Origin: Epithemia pelagica
Taxonomy: Eukaryota > Protista > Bacillariophyta
Reading direction: 5' to 3'
Length of the DNA: 64,000 bases
NCBI GenBank assembly: GCA_946965045.2
Contig: OX337236.1
Location: 2,046,001-2,110,000, forward strand
The notes beneath the pieces were generated by a model that was not told the origin of the DNA, ran no database searches, and saw nothing but the letters and a program-made list of their open reading frames with translations. This document shows, piece by piece, positions 54,711 to 64,000 of this stretch; within the stretch, counting starts at the first letter, position 1, and each line of letters opens with the position of its first letter. The position numbers and the translations under genes were made by a program.

Positions 54711-56033
54711 CTATAGTCCTAAAATGGTTGCTAATTCAGCAATCCTCTTCTTCATACGTTGTTTCATTTCGTCACTGTCTTGGTCTTTCAGGGCTGCTGT
54801 CAATATGCTGAATTCGTTGAGTAAAGCTGCTTTTCCCATTCGCTCCTCACGTTTCATGGCGTTCCCAATAATGGCATTCTTCAAATCTCCAATTGCTGAT
54901 GTCATATGAGAGTCAGTGGTACCATTTGTAGGAGTTGTTGTGCAGGAAATTGGTGAAGGAGCTCGCGAGGATGCACGAGAGCTCTTACCATCATTCTTGG
55001 CAGCAGGAAGGCTGTCGATAGCAAAACAAGGAGCAAGAGCACTTGTAAAGGTCGTTTCAAAGTTCTGGACTGTGTTGCTTTTGGAATAAAAGTAAAAGGC
55101 AGTGAACTGTGAAATTTTACCCCCAGACCTTGCTCTCGCTATACCTGCTTTCGCAAAGTCCCAGGGATCGCTAGAATGACACCCACTAGCATTCATTGCT
55201 GTCTCCATATGTTTCCTCACTTGTAGAAGAGTCTTCAGGATATTATTTGCTTCGTTGGGAGTGAGCTTGTTGGTGTTCTTGAGGGAGGGATCCAATCCTG
55301 CCAGCCCAGCATCCAACACGTGGTTGTTGTACGTCAAGTTTCTGTCATCCTTGTTGTCGTCTCGAATTTCCAACTTTCCATATTGGTCAGGGTTAATTCT
55401 TTTCTCTACTTGGGAATCCTCTTCTGAATCCTCTTCTTCTGAATCCTCTTCTGATTTTTTCTCAAGATCAGTGCATTCCTTAAGTTTTTGGGGAGAACAA
55501 TCGGCACCGTTGACTGCATCGACTACTAGCTTCCAAAATCGCTGGTATTGCGACCCACTACCAGTTTCTTGAACGGCCCTGGACCTTCCATCATTGAAAG
55601 CCATGAATTCATCTATAAAGTCACGATGAAACAACACATTGATGAGACAGCAGTGGGTGGATGGAATCTTCTCCAGCTGTCTTGTGATTATACCAATCTC
55701 ATTTTTTGTCTTGAGGAGATGGTATCGTAGTTCTGTCTTGTTGAGGCTGGCTTTCGTGATACCAAGCTTCCTCACAAGCTTCCTGAGTTGATGCACAGAG
55801 AGATCCTTGTCGACGTGCGTCTTGTCGTCGCCTTTTGCAATGATACAGGCAACTTCGACTTCTTCTTCTTGTCCTTCGTTTGTTTTTATCTTCTTCATCT
55901 CAGTTGTAATTGTATACTCATGTAAAGTTAGAGTATCCAGAGCCTCTAAAAATGGTGGAAGAGGTTTTTCAACACGCTTTGCTTTCTTCTTCTCAGGCCC
56001 AACATCCTGAGGTGCAGGAGGAGGGTCCGTCAT
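54711..56033 (-). CDS. Harbinger accessory (putative DNA-binding) protein
   Basis: Second ORF inside the TIRs, tail-to-tail with the nuclease. LSVHQLRKLVRKLG...NKTEL is HeH/SAP-like; the C-terminus is a coiled coil. Confidence 0.75.
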   Translation of the reverse strand: MTDPPPAPQDVGPEKKKAKRVEKPLPPFLEALDTLTLHEYTITTEMKKIKTNEGQEEEVEVACIIAKGDDKTHVDKDLSVHQLRKLVRKLGITKASLNKTELRYHLLKTKNEIGIITRQLEKIPSTHCCLINVLFHRDFIDEFMAFNDGRSRAVQETGSGSQYQRFWKLVVDAVNGADCSPQKLKECTDLEKKSEEDSEEEDSEEDSQVEKRINPDQYGKLEIRDDNKDDRNLTYNNHVLDAGLAGLDPSLKNTNKLTPNEANNILKTLLQVRKHMETAMNASGCHSSDPWDFAKAGIARARSGGKISQFTAFYFYSKSNTVQNFETTFTSALAPCFAIDSLPAAKNDGKSSRASSRAPSPISCTTTPTNGTTDSHMTSAIGDLKNAIIGNAMKREERMGKAALLNEFSILTAALKDQDSDEMKQRMKKRIAELATILGL

Positions 56034-56344
56034 GGTGGGGGTTTGTTTGATTTTGTTGGTTGGAACTTGGCGCAGGCTAAAAAATCTCAATTTTTCTCTC
56101 TCCTAGAACCCATAAACCTCTGTGTGAAATATTGTTCGATGTGAAAAGAGCCCTGGAGAGCAGATTTGTGAATTTCATCAAATTTCACTGCAACGTCAGG
56201 CCACGTAGGCAGAAAGTGTGAAATGTGTGAAATTTCACGCTTGTTAAGACCAACCCTCACTGGTGCTGGGGAGTATTCATATGATAATTCTCAAGTACTA
56301 TATACTGTAGAGTCCATTGTCGGTATTGTGATTCTGCGCAGCTA

Positions 56345-56815
56345 TGGGTCCCAACGCAGTAGAGCCTACGTAATTTTTCCTCGTACATGACGTCACGTTT
56401 GGCATCAAGTTTGTCGCGGTGTATCGTGGCTTCACCATGGCATGCCTTCCGTCAATCTGTTATGGTCCATAACTATCTTCGTTTTCTTATCCCTCGCAGA
56501 GATCCGTTCTATTCGTTCTATTTGTTTGATTGCTACGAGGGATAAGAAAAACTCCTTGTCCTTGTGCCACAAAGCCTGATCGTAAAAGGTCCCCTCGTCG
56601 TTGCTCTCAGAAGCGCAAGGAGCGCGCAACAACACCAATCGAGCGAACCGAGTCCCTAGCGCTAGTGAATAACCTAGATCTACCGTTGTAATAGAAATGG
56701 AGAGATGAAAATCGTCCAGAAAAATCCGCCATGGTCAAATTAGTCTGATGGTAATGTTCATTTGCACCAGTGCAATGGTTGAAATTCCACGTGTAAAGCA
56801 CGGCGTTGGGACCCA
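56345..56815. mobile_element. Probable MITE (471 bp) with 13-bp TIRs and TA target duplication
   Basis: TA|TGGGTCCCAACGC ... GCGTTGGGACCCA|TA. The reconstructed empty site GCTAGC is palindromic. No credible ORF inside. Confidence 0.5.
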
Positions 56816-56948
56816 TAGCAGAGGATTTCGCACCGCTTATCGCCATCTTGTTGGATGGTGGATGTACCCTTGTCTCTATGGGATCAAAGTCTTCTTGACC
56901 CCTTGACCCTTGACTGATGGATGATCGCAATTCATCATAGGACCCTTT

Positions 56949-59900
56949 ATGTTGCATCCAACTGAGAAGATGGATATAACAGTTGAAAGTTCTAGCGGTA
57001 ACTTATCGTCAGACAATGTGGACAAAGCCGGCTCGCAGGCCAAGAGGTTGCGAGACAGTCGAACCTGGAAGGCAGTGTTTACTGGACGAGTGTTGTTTGT
57101 CTTGTGTTTGACCAGTGTTGCCACTGTGATGGGGGTGGTGACTTGGTACTTTTTGACGGATGCTGAAGACCGGTTGGCGGAAAGTCAGTTTGAGGCCATT
57201 GCGGATCGAGCTATCAACACGGCTCGAGAAATTGTCGTTCGAAAACGACTGGGAACCATTTGTTTGGCATCGGTGGTTTCCAATTGGTTCCCCCTCGCAT
57301 CTGAATGGCCTTTCATTGCCCTGCAGGGATATGAGGAGATTGCCAGTAACTTGATTGATACCAGTAGTGGCCGAGAAATGGGACTTTGTCCAGTGCTGCA
57401 TGGAGGAGAGTTGTCAGCATTTGAGGATCATGCCTATCGATGGTTCGAACAAGGGCGAACCCCACCCTTCCCGAATGAAACGGGGTATAGTTCGTTTGGA
57501 CCAGGCATATGGATGCCCAATAAAACGTGTGGTTGTTCCGACAATCGGTCACATGTCACGTCCACCTCTACAACATGGGGCTCCCCCTTCCAAGTGGTCA
57601 CACCCCTCTTGCAACACAACATGGGCGCTCATCCGGCGCTTCTCTTGAATTGACATTTTGAACCCACGCGGGGAAATATTATTGACAACATGATCACATG
57701 CTCCGGTTGTACCATGGATCCAGAAGGTGGGGAATTGGAGCACCGGCGCATCCGAATGCCAGTCTGTGTGGTGCCGTAACGGACATTTTAATCTTGACCA
57801 GCCAAGAGGTTGAACCTGGACCGGGAGCCTTATTGATGGAACCCATTTATCCGGCTAGAGAAACCTTCCAGTTTGTTGGTATGATTGCCTCCAGTATTGT
57901 GTGGGACGAATCCCTACGCAATGTCTTTTCGAACGATGTCAGTGGAGTTGATTGCGTCTTGTCAACTGAAACAGAAATTTATACGTATCGAGTTACAGAT
58001 GGTGTCCCTTTTCTTAAGTAAGTACTCGCTGCAGTTAGGCTTCTTGACGCGTTCATTTTCGCTTGCTTACACATGAATGTTGTGTGTTTGTCTGCCTTTC
58101 TGTAGAGGAGAAGGGGACATGCACGAAATCTCCCATCAAGAGTTGAAGCAAGAAATCATTTTGACTCCACCAGACATGTTTTCCAATACATCTGCAATCT
58201 ACAAACTGGCCGTGTATCCCACAGAAGAGTTCTTTGATACCTATCGAACCCGGAATCCCCGAGCGGCAACCATTGGAGCCGTATGCATTATTTTATTCAC
58301 TGCCGCCCTCTTTTTCCTTTATGACTTTTGCGTTCGCAAGGAATTTGATGCGCGAAAGGATCTACTCGAGGCCAAGCGCATGTTTGTCCGTTTTGTGTCT
58401 CACGAAGTCAGGACACCCCTAAATACTGTATGCATGGGGTTAACCTTGATGCAGGAAGAAATTGTGCAAGCCATGGGCTTGAAGCATGGCAGTTTACAGA
58501 AAGAACTTAAGCGTCAAGACTTCCAGAACAAACAAGTTGCTGGCGAAAAGGCATTCGAATGGATGTCCCTCTCACAAGAAGTACTGATCAACGCCAAGGC
58601 ATCAGTAGATGTATTGAACGATTTGCTAAATTACGACAAGGTTCAACAAGGAAATTTTCATTTGGAACTTTCCATATTTTCCATGTGGACGATGCTCGAG
58701 TCTACCGTGGCCGAATTCAAGTTGGCTGCCTTAGAACGTAAAGTGAATCTCCGGTTGGATTTCTCTGCCATCGCGGATATTGCACGAGGTCTGGAGGAAG
58801 AAGCTGCGCCGCAAACAGAAGCAGCGCTTCCCTCGGATGTTCGAGCCATGCGAGTGGTGGGAGATAACGTACGACTCTCTCAAGTGGTTCGTAACCTGGT
58901 TTCGAATGGGCTCAAGTTCACGCCAGAAGACGGTATGTATCTTGTTCTTGGAAATTCAATGACAAGAAAATGGTTTGAAATGACTGGAATCTAACAGCAT
59001 GTGTTTGTTTTTCCAGGCGATCTCACTGTTCGAGTGCTAATCAAGCCCGTGGAAGAAAAGCCTGGAGTTGTGGAAAAGAAATTCAAGCGCAAAGATGGTT
59101 CCGACGTGAATCTTCTCCGCGAAGGCCGTGTTTGCGTAGAGGTGGTCGATACTGGAGTGGGGATGACACAAGAGCAGGTTGCCAAAGTATTTGTGGACGG
59201 GACGCAGTTTAATGTGAACCAATTGCAAGCAGGGAAAGGAAGCGGACTGGGAATGTATATTGCCAAAGGAATATGTAAGCGGCACGGTGGATCCTTGGAC
59301 TGTTGGTCGAAGGGATTGGGCCATGGAACCACCTTTACGATGACCATGCCTCTTTATCGTGTCACGGTACCCCATGTCCCCTTACAACAAGAAAATTCTG
59401 GTATTAGTGAGGATAAGGAACACGATACGACTGAAGCAGCCTTAGAACACTTTCCACTTCGGGTTCTTGTGGTGGATGACTCGAGCTCCAATTTGAAGTT
59501 ACTTACTCGCCTCTTGGCGAATCGAGGTCACAATTGCGACGGTGCTCGAAATGGTCAAGAAGCGTTAGAGTTGGTGCGAGAACAGTTGGATTTCTACGAT
59601 TCGATTTTAATGGACTACGAAATGCCCGTCATGGATGGTCCCACGGCATGCTCGCAAATGCGTGCGATTGGTTGTTCTGCCTTCATTGTAGGAATTTCGG
59701 GCAATATCATGCCAGAGGATGTGGCGTATTACAAAGGCAGCGGTGCAAATGCCGTTCTCCCCAAACCGTTCAAATTGAACTTGCTGGAAAATTTGTGGAC
59801 CGAGTATGGTGTTTCGGGACGCAATCAGACATCCATCACAACATCCGCGACGACGACGACGGAATCCTTGGTGGAAGAGGTCGGATTTCCTCCGATCTCA

Positions 59901-59987
59901 CCTGCCAATGACACTAGCGACGACAAGATTGAAGATGAACCGCGTAGTTCCATGAAAATGTCCAAGGTTAACGGCGATGTCCCGTAA
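56949..59987 (+). pseudogene. Hybrid sensor histidine kinase (TM, extracellular sensor, TM, HisKA, HATPase, receiver); introns 58018..58105 and 58933..59016; sensor exon disrupted
   Basis: FVSHEVRTPLN (H-box), NLVSNGLKFT, DTGVGM, GSGLG and receiver VDD..ILMD..MP..DG..KP. Both GT-AG introns restore the frame. TGA at 57651-57653 and a frameshift near 57740 break the first exon. Confidence 0.8.
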
Positions 59988-60340
59988 TGGATGATTCAGG
60001 TGCTCCGTTGGACCAACAACTGTTTCCTTCTCCTCGGTGCTGACAGTCGATGCTTCTTGGATAGGCGATTTTCGCACCTTTGCCTCTCGTCTGTCTCCTT
60101 GGCTACTGCTCGACGTTTACACCAAGCCACGAAAAGGCTTTGCGCGCAATGCCACGCCCAGTGTACGCCTGCACAAAACCGTTCCTAGGAAGTTCCCCGT
60201 CACAGAACGACCATTGCACATTTTTCTTGCGAACAGGAACCCTGCATGGTATCTTTTATACGAAAATCCAAAGAATATAATATTTCACCGATTGCGTTAG
60301 TTTGCCATTACTTATTTAATTTTTTGTCACCACAGTATGG

Positions 60341-63300
60341 TTAGCTCTTTCGGACGGAGGTCAAAACGGATTGAAGAAATCGATGAATCAATGGGCCATC
60401 CAAACGGTTGCGACGGCTTTTCCCCTCCATTGCCACCAATCGATCCACCAACCATGGGTCCAATACACCGTCAATTCCTACATTTTCTCCCAGGGATTTC
60501 ATCTCATCACAGGCCGATACGACTCGGCCAAACACACATAGGTCCACTACGGAATTCCAGTCCTCGTTGCCGCAAGAAGCACTTGTGGAAATTGATGTAT
60601 GAATCAATCTGTTCAAAAACTCCCAATCCGCCAGGAGGGCCTTGTGCCAAACCTTTACAGCTGCATTGGTTCGTTCTGTGGGCGTAGCATGGTCCAAGGA
60701 AGCACACAATGTCAAGGCAATGATGCATGTCTTCGTCATTTCCTCCTTGTCTCCACCCGAAATTAATTTATCTATCTTGTTCATGGCATAATCCAACAAG
60801 CTTTCGGCCGACCAAGGGTATCCATGCGCAGTACTTGTGGCCACATCATTTCCAAGTAACTCTTGTTGCGCCTGAGCAATTTCCCTTTGGTTTTCAATCA
60901 CTCTAGCACGTTCCGTCGCCATTGCCTGATTGGCAGTGGTTCGCATGGATACCTTGTTGGTCAATTTTGCCATGGCCAAGTTGAATTTCGCTTGTTTCAG
61001 ACTAAGGTTGGCCCCACCGCGTTCCACAACGTCCATTAAATGGCCAGTGGCCGAATTGAAATCACCTCGTTGTACGGCCAAGATCCAGCGATAGGGTTGT
61101 AAACTCGGTTCTGAGGACATCATTTGGTACAGGTCATCTTGACACAAGGGCGTCGTTTGGCCATATTTGAGTGCCTCCCCCACCAAGTTTCGTTCAATAT
61201 GCCATTTCAGCATGTACTGGGAAAAACTCATATCAGTGGCAATGTCGACCACTCCATTGCTATGGAATTTGTTCACCAGTGGCGGCAATTGAAAGTCGGA
61301 GCCACGTTCATTCCGATGCTGCCGCGCGATTTCGCAAAGACCCCAAAAGTACGCATGATCCATACACAAGGACCATGCCACTCCATCTCGTTCTTTCCCA
61401 CAAACCTTTCTCAAGACTTCGATTGCCCGAGACATCATTTCGGCATACCCCACCTTGTTTGCTTCAGAGGGGCAAGCCAAGTAAATGTCTCGGAAACAAG
61501 CCAAGCCAGCCTTGGCCACAACTTCCACTTGATGTTGTGTAGCAGTTTCCGGACGGTACTGGTTGTTCCAATAGTTCAATTGCCGCCCCAACACTTGAGA
61601 CAAGCCATATTGACTGGTCCAAATGGGTACCCCCGCACCATCCAAGCGGTCCACGCGAGGTGGTTTGGCAGTACTGGCAATATCGTATGTCACGGTACAC
61701 CGTTCTGTGCGAAAGTTGAGAGCTGCGGACAAGGCCTGTTCCAACCACGTGCAAAATACCATTTTGGATTCCTCGTCTTGATGATGATGTTGTTGTTGCT
61801 GTTGGTCCTCTCCTTCTGGTCGTGCCAAAATGACATGAGATTGAACACCTCCCAACCATTTAGCCATTTCATGGGGTGTCAGACTTTCCAAAAACATTTC
61901 CATACGACCAGTCATGGATGCCGAGTTCAATACGGCTTGGTAGGCGGCAATTTCTTGTCCCATGGCCATGAGCCGCCATTTGGTTCCGGGCATGAGACTC
62001 CGATACAAGCCGGCCCGCTGTAAAAATTCCACCAAAAACAAGTGCCGTGACAAGACAGCCACGGAGGATAAAGAATCCGCCTTTTGCAATTCTAATCCCA
62101 ACTTGACAATGGCCAATTCCAAATCCAATTTGTCGGCATGAAAAATGGAGGGTGGAAGGGTAGGGGTGGTGATACTACTACTACTAGTGCCCGGCGGATT
62201 TTGATACGAGTCCCAATACACGGACCGCAAATGGTTCACCAAGGACGACACTTTCCGTCCGGCATGGTTGGGTGACCGACGCAAGACGGGCGAAACGCCT
62301 TCCTGTACCGACTGCGACGAATCGTGTCGAATTGCTTCCTGTTGTTGCTGCTGCAAGGCCAATTCCGAAGCTTCCTTGCATTCCACCCGAATCAAGGTCC
62401 CCGAAGGTGCGACCAAGGTACATCCATAGGTTGTGTCATCAGTAAACAATCCCCCGACTACCAAATGACTATTCTCATCGGTATCATCCATCCAGAGATG
62501 TTCCAAGTCCACTTCATGTAACAACACTACCTGAGAAGACAATGGTTGTTGTTGTTGGTGTCGTTGTTGAGTGGAAGGAACGACACGATCGTGCGCCATG
62601 AGAATGGCGGAACGACGAGTGGCCGTACTGTCTGTCGAGGTACTAGGGTCTCGAGTCGCCTCGACACTCTCGTCGTTGTCGTTGTTGTTCGGTTGTTGTT
62701 TGACAACCACCATGGCGGCATAGGCGACTCCATTGTCCGTCACTTGCAATCCCACGACCGACACCAGTGACGGATGAGTGAAACGATCTAACCATGTGAC
62801 GGTTGACACGGCCCAACCTCCCAATGACAATGATTCCTTGGATGGCACTCGTCCGGGTTGTTGGAGTTCCAAACACACCCAAACCAACCGATCTTCGACG
62901 ACCACACCGGACGTAGCAGAGTCTGTGTGGGGTTGGTTTCCATGGGGCACCTCTCCCATGGCAGTAGCAGTAGTATTTGGAGAGGCTTGTACTTGAACCC
63001 GAACCACGACAAACAATTGGGGACATGGATCCTGGCCCGTTGTCGTCCACGCCGAGGCGGTTGTGGTGGCTGCGGCGGCAGCGGCTTGTTCGACGTGAAG
63101 CGACACGAGGTGCAGGGCGGACGGAGAGGAGGACGACGACCACCAGGATTGCAACAAGGACCACAAGGATTGGGGAGGTGCCACCACTCCAAACTGTGTC
63201 ATGGTCGTTGCCGAATGGCTGGCCTCACGTCCTCCCGTGCTACTACTACTACTCGAGGGTGGTGGACTCCCCCGTACGGCCTGGTAGACGACCAATTCTC

Positions 63301-63994
63301 CCGCTCGTGAGACCGTGCCAAACAAGAGCGTACTGGTGTTGTGGATATTGTTGTTGTTGGTGGTGGTGGAGGAATCCATTGTTCCGAGAAACAAGACATG
63401 TCTCAAAAAGCGAGAAGGAGTGGTTGTCGCCATGGCCTCCTCGGACAATGGGGTGTTGGCGTTGGAACGAGCATTCCATGACATCCACGAAAACAAGGAT
63501 GACGACGACGAGGATTCGTTGGTTTTGGCTGTCGTAGCGTTGGGGACAAGTTCCACTTGCAAAATACCATGGCATTGTCGAATCCAAAAGACACGGCCCC
63601 GAGAGGTTCCTACCAACAAGTAGGACTGCGTCGACGAAGCCGTCAAACAAGTCACCACTTCGACTGGACTTGGGGCGGTCGAATCGGTTTCATTGTCGTC
63701 GTGGGATCCATCCTTGCTGGTCAAAAGAGGCAAGGTCACGAGAGATTTATACGCGGGAGGAGCCGGTCCATTGACTCGCATACTCGTCATGGTCGATGTC
63801 ATCAAGGGCTTGTTGGAATGAAGCAAATCAAACGTATGCAATTTCCACAACCAGAGCGATCCATTGGAAGGATGCAGTACATAGAGCCAAATACTACTGG
63901 TGGAGGGTGCTGCGGCTGCGGTTCCATGCGATGCAGCCGCAGCAGTGGCGTGTGGTTGAAAGTTGTGGGGAGTCGATCGTTGCGGTGCTTGCAA
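60341..63994 (-). CDS. NUP133: Probable nucleoporin Nup133
   Basis: About 1200 aa with an N-terminal beta-propeller-like region and a helical C-terminus (LC..H.YF.GL.EI, Y.WI.AVQ.GDF..A..HL, AK..LAMAKL). Recognised by pattern only. Confidence 0.55.
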   Translation of the reverse strand: MQAPQRSTPHNFQPHATAAAASHGTAAAAPSTSSIWLYVLHPSNGSLWLWKLHTFDLLHSNKPLMTSTMTSMRVNGPAPPAYKSLVTLPLLTSKDGSHDDNETDSTAPSPVEVVTCLTASSTQSYLLVGTSRGRVFWIRQCHGILQVELVPNATTAKTNESSSSSSLFSWMSWNARSNANTPLSEEAMATTTPSRFLRHVLFLGTMDSSTTTNNNNIHNTSTLLFGTVSRAGELVVYQAVRGSPPPSSSSSSTGGREASHSATTMTQFGVVAPPQSLWSLLQSWWSSSSSPSALHLVSLHVEQAAAAAATTTASAWTTTGQDPCPQLFVVVRVQVQASPNTTATAMGEVPHGNQPHTDSATSGVVVEDRLVWVCLELQQPGRVPSKESLSLGGWAVSTVTWLDRFTHPSLVSVVGLQVTDNGVAYAAMVVVKQQPNNNDNDESVEATRDPSTSTDSTATRRSAILMAHDRVVPSTQQRHQQQQPLSSQVVLLHEVDLEHLWMDDTDENSHLVVGGLFTDDTTYGCTLVAPSGTLIRVECKEASELALQQQQQEAIRHDSSQSVQEGVSPVLRRSPNHAGRKVSSLVNHLRSVYWDSYQNPPGTSSSSITTPTLPPSIFHADKLDLELAIVKLGLELQKADSLSSVAVLSRHLFLVEFLQRAGLYRSLMPGTKWRLMAMGQEIAAYQAVLNSASMTGRMEMFLESLTPHEMAKWLGGVQSHVILARPEGEDQQQQQHHHQDEESKMVFCTWLEQALSAALNFRTERCTVTYDIASTAKPPRVDRLDGAGVPIWTSQYGLSQVLGRQLNYWNNQYRPETATQHQVEVVAKAGLACFRDIYLACPSEANKVGYAEMMSRAIEVLRKVCGKERDGVAWSLCMDHAYFWGLCEIARQHRNERGSDFQLPPLVNKFHSNGVVDIATDMSFSQYMLKWHIERNLVGEALKYGQTTPLCQDDLYQMMSSEPSLQPYRWILAVQRGDFNSATGHLMDVVERGGANLSLKQAKFNLAMAKLTNKVSMRTTANQAMATERARVIENQREIAQAQQELLGNDVATSTAHGYPWSAESLLDYAMNKIDKLISGGDKEEMTKTCIIALTLCASLDHATPTERTNAAVKVWHKALLADWEFLNRLIHTSISTSASCGNEDWNSVVDLCVFGRVVSACDEMKSLGENVGIDGVLDPWLVDRLVAMEGKSRRNRLDGPLIHRFLQSVLTSVRKS

Positions 63995-64000
63995 GGCAAT

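Larger units (their letters stand above)
53134..56256 (+). mobile_element. Intact PIF/Harbinger DNA transposon (3123 bp)
   Basis: 31-bp perfect TIRs GGGTTGGTCTTAACAAGCGTGAAATTTCACA (42 bp with 2 mismatches), a 3-bp TSD TCA (53131-53133 and 56257-56259), and two convergent ORFs. Confidence 0.96.

Noticed and set aside
51652-56262. hAT termini CAGTG (51652) and CACTG (56258-56262, after removing the Harbinger)
   Set aside because: The inverted match is only about 6 bp and the flanking 8-mers (TAGACGCA vs GTGCTGGG) are not a TSD.
6377-56277. GCTGGGGAGTATT shared by 6377-6389 and 56265-56277
   Set aside because: Exact 13-mer matches are expected many times by chance in 64 kb, and the match does not extend.
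57651-57660. UGA-C in the histidine kinase as a third readthrough site
   Set aside because: No comparable downstream stem was seen, and a frameshift about 90 bp later would still break the ORF.
1-59987. Alternative genetic code explaining the many in-frame stops
   Set aside because: The interrupting stops include TGA, TAG and TAA at non-equivalent residues, and intact host genes end normally in TAA or TGA.

Overview
Eukaryotic nuclear DNA, most likely from a pennate diatom. This is inferred from intron-poor genes, short GT-AG introns, bipartite plastid-targeting presequences and a CoDi-type copia element. Host genes: a selenocysteine lyase/NifS-like PLP enzyme, an SDP1-type patatin lipase, U2AF1, a ferredoxin sulfite reductase, a probable Nup133, a disrupted hybrid histidine kinase and several unknown membrane proteins. 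Roughly half the window is mobile DNA of at least six kinds: (1) a truncated cassette at 1-6.4 kb with a DUF6589-like putative DDE transposase, a convergent RecQ helicase and patterned terminal repeats; (2) a young full-length Ty1/copia element (8711-15187); (3) a tyrosine-recombinase (DIRS/Ngaro-like) retrotransposon (~30.5-38.3 kb) carrying a degenerate C5-cytosine-methyltransferase-like domain; (4) a two-ORF CRE-like non-LTR element with an A+C-rich sense strand (43.5-51 kb); (5) a hAT remnant plus a probable MITE; (6) an intact PIF/Harbinger element (53134-56256). The most striking hidden signal is that the copia element and the unrelated YR retrotransposon both end gag with UGA-CG, then exactly 9 nt, then a 13-14 bp stem-loop, and continue in frame. 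This looks like a convergent programmed stop-codon readthrough cassette. All family calls come from motifs recognised by eye; no database search was run.
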